Below are positions 58,292 to 64,000 of a stretch of DNA of 64,000 nt, one piece after another. The position numbers were made by a program, and so were the translations under genes. This DNA is from Actinomycetota bacterium (GTDB lineage: Bacteria; Actinomycetota; Aquicultoria; Subteraquimicrobiales; Subteraquimicrobiaceae), in assembly GCA_030018275.1 (NCBI GenBank), contig JASEGB010000002.1:59638-123637 (forward strand), given 5' to 3'. How positions within the stretch are numbered: the stretch's first letter is position 1; each line of letters opens with the position of its first letter. Below the pieces are notes generated by a model. The model was not told the origin of the DNA, did no database searches, and saw nothing but the letters and a program-made list of their open reading frames with translations.

Positions 58292-59419
58292 CTACTCACA
58301 AGCAAGATCCTCACTTCGCGCCTCAAGAAGAGCTTTTATGAGTCTCACTATCCTCTCGCCGGACTTTCCATCTCCAAAGGGAATTTCCCAATCCCGCCTG
58401 GCTTTGAGCATCTCATCGACGCTCTCCAACATCCTTGCCGGTTCGGTTCCAGCCAAGATGTTTGAGCCCACTTCCAAGGTCTCGGGTCTTTCGGTGTTGT
58501 CCCTCAGGGTCACACAAGGGACACCCAATACACAGGATTCCTCCTGAACTCCACCTGAATCTGTTAAAATCAATTTCGCCTCGGATTCCAGTAGCAAGAA
58601 ATCCAGATACCCCAGAGGTTCAATTACCTCTATACTCTCCACCAGATTTTCAAGATTATATTCCTTTATCATTTTCAAGGTCCTGGGGTGGATGGGATAA
58701 ACGATTGACACCTTATATTTTTCCTGAATCTTATTTAACCCTCTCAGGATACGCTCAAGTCTTTCGGCATCATCAGTGTTCTCTGCTCTGTGGAGGGTGA
58801 CGAGGAAATATTCCTCTCCCGCCTGCCATTGCGAACTTCCTCGCCTCCTAGCGATTTCCAGGTTCTGGTAAACGGCATCGACGATAGTATTTCCGGTGAC
58901 GAATATCTTATCCTCCGGGATACCTTCCTTGAGTAGATTATCTTTGGCGGTTTCGGTGGGGGCGAATAAATAATCGGAGATGTGATCTGCAATTATACGA
59001 TTGATTTCCTCGGGCATGGCTCTATCATCGGATCTCAACCCCGCCTCCACATGCCCGAATTTCACGGGCAATTTCGATGACACGAGCGCCGAGGCGACGA
59101 CGGTATTTGTATCGCCCTCCGCCAGAGCAATATCGGGATTTTCCTCCCGCAAAACTCGTTCGATTTCCACCAACATCTTCCCCGTCTGAACGCCGTGAGA
59201 ACCGGACCCTATACCCAGGTTGTATTTTGGCTGGGGGAGTTCCAAATTCCTGAAGAATATCTCATCCATGGTGTAAGAGTAGTGCTGCCCCGTATGCAAA
59301 AGAAAGTAGCACATATTCCTACCTTCGAGCGCCCTTATTACCGGCGCCATCTTTATGATCTCAGGTCTTGTGCCCAAAATTACCGCAATTTTCTTCACAT
59401 GTACTCCTTGACTTATCAA
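58292..59419 (-). CDS. wecB: UDP-N-acetylglucosamine 2-epimerase (non-hydrolysing)
   Basis: 375 aa. It carries GTRPEIIKMAP, HTGQHY and HVEAGLRS. The real start may be the GTG about 8 codons in. Confidence 0.9.
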   Translation of the reverse strand: MISQGVHVKKIAVILGTRPEIIKMAPVIRALEGRNMCYFLLHTGQHYSYTMDEIFFRNLELPQPKYNLGIGSGSHGVQTGKMLVEIERVLREENPDIALAEGDTNTVVASALVSSKLPVKFGHVEAGLRSDDRAMPEEINRIIADHISDYLFAPTETAKDNLLKEGIPEDKIFVTGNTIVDAVYQNLEIARRRGSSQWQAGEEYFLVTLHRAENTDDAERLERILRGLNKIQEKYKVSIVYPIHPRTLKMIKEYNLENLVESIEVIEPLGYLDFLLLESEAKLILTDSGGVQEESCVLGVPCVTLRDNTERPETLEVGSNILAGTEPARMLESVDEMLKARRDWEIPFGDGKSGERIVRLIKALLEARSEDLACE

Positions 59420-59481
59420 GGATACTGAAATAGATTTGTGATTGACCGGATGGTTTCTGCAATTTATTAAATTAAATTAAA

Positions 59482-59946
59482 ATGAATTCTATCTCAAAAG
59501 AAATTGCCATAATTTTCATAGCTATGCTTCCCATCGCCGAATTAAGATTGGCTCTCCCTATGGCATTAAATGTATACCAGATGTCAATTGGTGAGGCATT
59601 CTTTTGGTCAGCTTTGGGAAATTTCCTCCCAATCTTCTTCATCGTTTATTTGCTGGAAGGGGTCTCTCATTGGCTTTCCGAGCACTTCCATCTCTTCAAC
59701 CGATTTTTTACCTGGCTCTTTGAGAGAACTCGCAGGAAACATAGTAAAAAATTCGAAATTTTTAAGAATATGGCTTTGGTAACCTTCGTAGCCATTCCCC
59801 TGCCCATGACCGGTGCCTGGAGTGGAGTAGCCGCTTTTGTTTTTGGTATCCCCCCTAAAAGGTCTTTACCCTTAATTGGTTTAGGGATATTGATCGCCGG
59901 AATAATTGTTGCTTCCCTCTCCCAGGGAATGGGATTGCTGTTATAA
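59482..59946 (+). CDS. Small membrane protein (COG2426-like putative small exporter)
   Basis: 154 aa, 4 TM helices. Confidence 0.55.
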   Translation: MNSISKEIAIIFIAMLPIAELRLALPMALNVYQMSIGEAFFWSALGNFLPIFFIVYLLEGVSHWLSEHFHLFNRFFTWLFERTRRKHSKKFEIFKNMALVTFVAIPLPMTGAWSGVAAFVFGIPPKRSLPLIGLGILIAGIIVASLSQGMGLLL

Positions 59947-59961
59947 CCAGTTGGCAAAAGA

Positions 59962-60342
59962 TTATGTCCTCGTGATCAAAAAAACGCCAAAGCAGATCAC
60001 GAAGGTTCCCAGCCAGCGCAATGCAGTTACATTCTCTCGTAAAAGGATGCTGGAAATAATGAGAACCATGACGTAACTTAAACCCAGCATGGGATAAGCA
60101 AAGCTCAAATCGACTCGGGAGAGGACCACAAGCCAAATGGAAGCTGCTATAACATATAAAAACAAACCCAATACCACAAGAGGAGTCGTGGCAACCATAA
60201 CAATCGTTCCCCCTAGATTAGAAAGATGACTGGCGGATATCCTGCCTACCGAATTCATCCCTACTTTCAAACAGAGCTGACCGGAAACGGCGAAACTGAT
60301 GCTTAAAATGATTAAAGCTAAAGAAGCTAACATTTTGTCCAC
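59962..60342 (-). CDS. Small 4-TM DMT-superfamily protein (EamA / ArnE-ArnF-like)
   Basis: 126 aa. Its size and topology resemble the undecaprenyl-phosphate-sugar flippase subunits. Confidence 0.5.
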   Translation of the reverse strand: MDKMLASLALIILSISFAVSGQLCLKVGMNSVGRISASHLSNLGGTIVMVATTPLVVLGLFLYVIAASIWLVVLSRVDLSFAYPMLGLSYVMVLIISSILLRENVTALRWLGTFVICFGVFLITRT

Positions 60343-60400
60343 CTCGCCCTTAATTAAATTATCGATTTCGTCAATTAAATTTGGAATCTAGTTAATGATT

Positions 60401-62680
60401 TTACAATCTACTTAATTGCTCTTTAACATCCTCAGAAACTGCGCCGGGTCCTCCTAAGACATATATGGTGGATATGTTGGACTTATTATGGCTGACAAAG
60501 GAGCGGGTTACATCGGGCACCATACCTGGTTCCACAAGAAGGATAGGAGCAGGATTCATCCTTGCGGCGAGTGCCCCACCAGCTAATCCATCAGCGAAGA
60601 AGTCCCCCCTAGTCACAAAGATAGGACCTGGAGAGGTAAAGCGGAAAAGGGAATTTTCGTCGATTGCAATCTTCACCGCGGTTTCGTATTGGTCAGCTCC
60701 CCAAAGTCTGGTCAATATGTTGTACCCTGAGTTTCTCAAGTATTGCTCCACATCGGGATGGACAGCTCCCGGACCCCCCACTATGATGAGATTTCTTATC
60801 CCCAAATCCTGAAGAACTTGTAAGGTCTCGGATGGAATCAAAGTAGGCTTGGTCAAGAGGATGGGCATGTTATTGGCTGCAGCTGGGGAGGAGACCGCGA
60901 GGGCATCGGGGAAGTTTTCTCCGGTGGTGATGATGGCTGTGGTTGGAGGGACTATCCCAAAGTTTACGGAGTTTATGAAAATTCTCCTGGCAACATCGGC
61001 TGCAGTTCCGTAGGATGTGTTCTGCCAGATTCTGTCGGGAGTGATACCGTTAGCCCTCAATTGATTTAAAACATTCTCAGATATGGCGCCGGGCCCACCT
61101 AAAACTATCGCTATTTTAGTGCCCAATCTTTTTATCTCCGCTAAGCTCTCCGAACTCAAAGTTTCAGGATTAGTGAGTAAAATAGGTATGGGTGTATTTA
61201 CCATCGGGTCATTTCTAAAGGTGTAAGCCAAAGGAACTCCGGGTAAAGCATCGGTGAAGTAATCATCCCGAGCCACTAAAACTACTCTGGAAGAGGACCA
61301 GCCAGCTTGAGAGATAGCAACGGCGGTTCCATGAGAAGTTTGACCCCAGAGAGGTCTGGTGTGTGAGCCAACTGATTTAATAAAATCCCTGATAGCCGTC
61401 TCAAAAGCGGTGCCCTTTATAGTATAATAAGGTTCGTTCTGCTCCTTCTCCCAATAATAAGGAGATAAAATATGCGCTCCATGCCTATAAGCTACTTGCA
61501 AGGCTCTAAAGCAACGGAGGTAATGATCCCCCCAGTTATAAGATGCGGAATATGGATTATGCTGAGGCTGGCCAATGCTGGGATTATGCTCAAAGATGCC
61601 CCAATTTGGAGACCAAGCGCGAGCGGTGGCAAAAAGATTTTCATCGAAGCAAGTGTTCTGGAGGGTTGTAATTCCAATACATCCCCCATTGACACTGGCA
61701 GTTTCCAAGGGGCTAGCCAGAAAATACCTGCTCCAAAAGGGGTTATCGGTTCGAACCGTTTGATGAGTATATATTCTTGAGGCAGGCAAACCCACTTCTC
61801 GGAACCAATCAACCTCTCTTTGAACCTGTATATCCACAAGGCGAATTCTAAAGTTGGTCCATTCTTCAGCTCGAGGATTACCCGCGATTGGCTCTCCAAA
61901 AGCTGGACGAGGGGGACCCACCTCCTCCCAGCTCTTAAAAGAAGTCTCCATTGCTCTGTTAAAAGCGGATAAATCGCCGCCAAATTTTGCTTTCTCAAAT
62001 TCTCTAAACTCCCTTATGGTGTCCGGATTGTAATCCGTATAATAAAAGGGACTCATAAAAATCTCCGCATCTGTGTTTACCCCAATGAGAAGGTCCGGTC
62101 GCTCTCGATAAAATTGGGCAATTATTGTTGCAGCGGCTTTAAAATTCCTTTCCTGATAACGCCTTATCTCCGTATTAAGATTGTTGTAAGTTAGCAGGCG
62201 CCCCAATCCTGGAATGGTTCCCATCTCATCCGTGGGAACGGTGCCATCGTCTTTCCATTGGCAATTCATTGGATTTTGTTCTAAGTATACAATGGCATTA
62301 ACACTTGGGTCTCTTCTCACTGTTCCCCCCCAAGGTCCACCATTAAACACGATAACTACAGGAAGATTAGTCTCTTTCGCCAAGTTAAGGATATTGTTCA
62401 AATTGGTGGGATCAAATTCAAAATCTTGAGCTCTTCCCTTTGTCTCGCTCATATAAAAGAGACTCGCAGTGAAGCCAATTTTAGCATAATATCCCCCTGT
62501 GCCTAATCTTCCCTTCATATCCATAAGATTCTCGTAGGTACAGTTACCAACTATTGGAGCTATAAAGAAGGTTTCTTCATAACTAGCTGCATTACTAATA
62601 TGGGGAAAGCATGCTAAAACCATGAATAAAATGAGAATCAAAATTAGAAACCTGGTGCGCATCTTGCTCCTCCTTTGCAA
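60401..62680 (-). CDS. Secreted protein with three C-terminal CWB2 cell-wall-binding repeats
   Basis: 759 aa. Signal peptide. A roughly 450-aa N-terminal domain of unknown, possibly glycoside-hydrolase-like, fold. Three repeats of about 95 aa with the pattern G.D.Y.TA..IA...........TG..F.DAL......A.....P.LL.........L..LG.....I.GG.GAV. Confidence 0.75.
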   Translation of the reverse strand: MQRRSKMRTRFLILILILFMVLACFPHISNAASYEETFFIAPIVGNCTYENLMDMKGRLGTGGYYAKIGFTASLFYMSETKGRAQDFEFDPTNLNNILNLAKETNLPVVIVFNGGPWGGTVRRDPSVNAIVYLEQNPMNCQWKDDGTVPTDEMGTIPGLGRLLTYNNLNTEIRRYQERNFKAAATIIAQFYRERPDLLIGVNTDAEIFMSPFYYTDYNPDTIREFREFEKAKFGGDLSAFNRAMETSFKSWEEVGPPRPAFGEPIAGNPRAEEWTNFRIRLVDIQVQREVDWFREVGLPASRIYTHQTVRTDNPFWSRYFLASPLETASVNGGCIGITTLQNTCFDENLFATARAWSPNWGIFEHNPSIGQPQHNPYSASYNWGDHYLRCFRALQVAYRHGAHILSPYYWEKEQNEPYYTIKGTAFETAIRDFIKSVGSHTRPLWGQTSHGTAVAISQAGWSSSRVVLVARDDYFTDALPGVPLAYTFRNDPMVNTPIPILLTNPETLSSESLAEIKRLGTKIAIVLGGPGAISENVLNQLRANGITPDRIWQNTSYGTAADVARRIFINSVNFGIVPPTTAIITTGENFPDALAVSSPAAANNMPILLTKPTLIPSETLQVLQDLGIRNLIIVGGPGAVHPDVEQYLRNSGYNILTRLWGADQYETAVKIAIDENSLFRFTSPGPIFVTRGDFFADGLAGGALAARMNPAPILLVEPGMVPDVTRSFVSHNKSNISTIYVLGGPGAVSEDVKEQLSRL

Positions 62681-62798
62681 CCTCTAATTTAACTTTTTAT
62701 TCTTTCTATCGGATTTCTCCTCCAGTCTTTTTAAATAATTTTCCAAATTAGCGTCAAGAAAAGCTCAATGGTTCTGCCGACTCCCTTGAGAAAAAGCA

Positions 62799-63999
62799 CT
62801 ACCTTCTCTTCCCGATAATTTTATGGAAGTTTAGGGCTAAAATTTGAAAAAATACAATGCTCGCCGCTATTCCGCTGACGAGCTTGCCCAACCAGAAACT
62901 CCGAGGTCGGTAAACCAACTGGATTTTATGAGAGCCGGATGAAAGCGGAATCGAGCGAAGGATGTAATTCGCTCTCAAAATTTCTGTTTCCTTCCCATCT
63001 ACATAAGCCTTCCATCCCGAACAAAATACTTCACTTAAAAGTAAGAGGCATCTTCCTCTTGAGTTAACCAAAAGCTTAATCTCATTCGGTTCGTAAACCG
63101 TAATTCTGACGTAATCTCTACCAACAGGACCGGATAAAACCTCATCCTTCTTGGGCAAAGAAGGTATTTTTTCCAGAACGGCTACGTGCCTTGGATCAAA
63201 ATTTTCGCTTTTTAACTTCCCAAAAATTTCTTTTTTCCCTTTCAGAACCTCCCACCTATGTATGAGAAAAGCACGAGGTAGATAATTTGGATTTTTATAA
63301 ATCTTCATATCCTTATCGAAAACTTTCCATGAGGATAAACTTTGGATTTCCTCCGAACTCAATATGTATTTAGCATTCAGCAAATCTAATAGTTTAGAAT
63401 TTAAAGAGTCAACACTTATAAAATTCGGAATTTCATTAAAAATTGCATATTTCCCATGATCTTCAATGAGATTTACAAATTCGGCATAGCGGTTGAGGAT
63501 AAAAACATCACTACCCTGGACGTCAAACAAGCCATATATCATCCCCGTATTTGGGGTTAACGGTGAGAATAAACCCTCGTGACCAAATCTTACCACTCTG
63601 AAAAGCTCCGGATCTTTCCGAAGAAAATTTATGGAAGGGGTATCGAAGTAAACTATCTTAGGACCCACATAACTTAGAAAGCTCATCCCGAAGAGGAAAA
63701 TATCTAAAACTATCAATCCAAGGGCTAATACCTTAAAAATTGAAACATTAATTTTCTTTCTAAGCAAAAGGGTCAATAGGATTGCCGAAGCGCTAAAAAA
63801 CAAAAGAAATAATCCCACCTCCCGAGCAAGATATATCGCAGAAGCTTTATATTTTATAACCGCCGGTAAGGTTGAAAATATCAAAAGACCAGCACAAATT
63901 GTGGCTACTGCCAAAAAATAGAGCATTTTCTTTGATCTAGATTCGGAAAACGAATTCGTAAGATAGTGCATTCCCAATCCGGAAAGAACCGATAATGAA
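62799..63999 (-). CDS. YfhO-family membrane protein, partial. The N-terminus lies beyond the right edge.
   Basis: TM helices followed by the conserved C-terminal extracytoplasmic domain (…PRAFL…VYEPNEIKL…). No stop codon is reached upstream before the window ends. Confidence 0.55.
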   Translation of the reverse strand, partial: SLSVLSGLGMHYLTNSFSESRSKKMLYFLAVATICAGLLIFSTLPAVIKYKASAIYLAREVGLFLLFFSASAILLTLLLRKKINVSIFKVLALGLIVLDIFLFGMSFLSYVGPKIVYFDTPSINFLRKDPELFRVVRFGHEGLFSPLTPNTGMIYGLFDVQGSDVFILNRYAEFVNLIEDHGKYAIFNEIPNFISVDSLNSKLLDLLNAKYILSSEEIQSLSSWKVFDKDMKIYKNPNYLPRAFLIHRWEVLKGKKEIFGKLKSENFDPRHVAVLEKIPSLPKKDEVLSGPVGRDYVRITVYEPNEIKLLVNSRGRCLLLLSEVFCSGWKAYVDGKETEILRANYILRSIPLSSGSHKIQLVYRPRSFWLGKLVSGIAASIVFFQILALNFHKIIGKRR

Positions 64000-64000
64000 A

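Overview
This is a bacterial chromosomal segment of about 64 kb with a strong coding bias to the minus strand.

Bases 1 to about 24.7 kb carry conserved housekeeping operons, running from a partial S41 carboxy-terminal processing protease at the left edge to a GDP-mannose pathway.
- Cell division and translocation: ftsE-ftsX and secA.
- Central metabolism: a split transketolase and a PHP phosphoesterase.
- prfB, with its programmed +1 frameshift site readable at about 6177.
- A tandem pair of membrane-anchored HD-GYP proteins, a cold-shock protein with a clean intrinsic terminator, and a ComF-like gene.
- A methionine-salvage / SAM-cycle cluster: mtnA, a class II aldolase, ahcY and MTAP/PNP.
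- A GDP-mannose pathway block: PGI/PMI, phosphomannomutase, GDP-mannose 4,6-dehydratase and mannose-1-P guanylyltransferase.

The most striking feature is a 341-aa LAGLIDADG intein inserted in-frame in the GDP-mannose 4,6-dehydratase gene, inside the conserved FNH|..PRRGE motif. The region is AT-rich relative to the host gene.

From about 24.7 kb to the end is a large cell-envelope glycan biosynthesis locus, an accessory-type region.
- Sugar-activation and transfer genes: GT2 and GT4 glycosyltransferases, galU, ugd, wecB, a Wzx flippase and two SAM-methyltransferases.
- Polyprenol-phosphate-sugar synthase-like GT2s sit beside large polytopic membrane proteins. One of these carries tandem LytR_C domains.
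- The right end holds a YfhO-family protein and a secreted protein with three CWB2 cell-wall-binding repeats.
- Embedded in the locus are at least seven toxin-antitoxin cassettes (three VapBC, two HEPN/MNT, DUF433/DUF5615, an AbiE remnant) plus one decayed HEPN/MNT pair near secA.
- An IS graveyard contains IS5-, IS256- and IS4-like transposase pseudogenes and several truncated or frameshifted GT and flippase genes.
- The 3' end of one GT2 gene is triplicated, and two of the copies flank a HEPN/MNT cassette.

Several families of short intergenic repeats recur across the window.
- Tandem GTGAACN heptamer arrays.
- gtcattgcgag-type composite palindromes.
- aacaggtctaaagacctgtt hairpins.
- A 40-bp repeat present both intergenically and in-frame inside the phosphomannomutase CDS.
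- A roughly 45-bp leader motif shared by two operons.

No rRNA, tRNA or CRISPR array was recognised.
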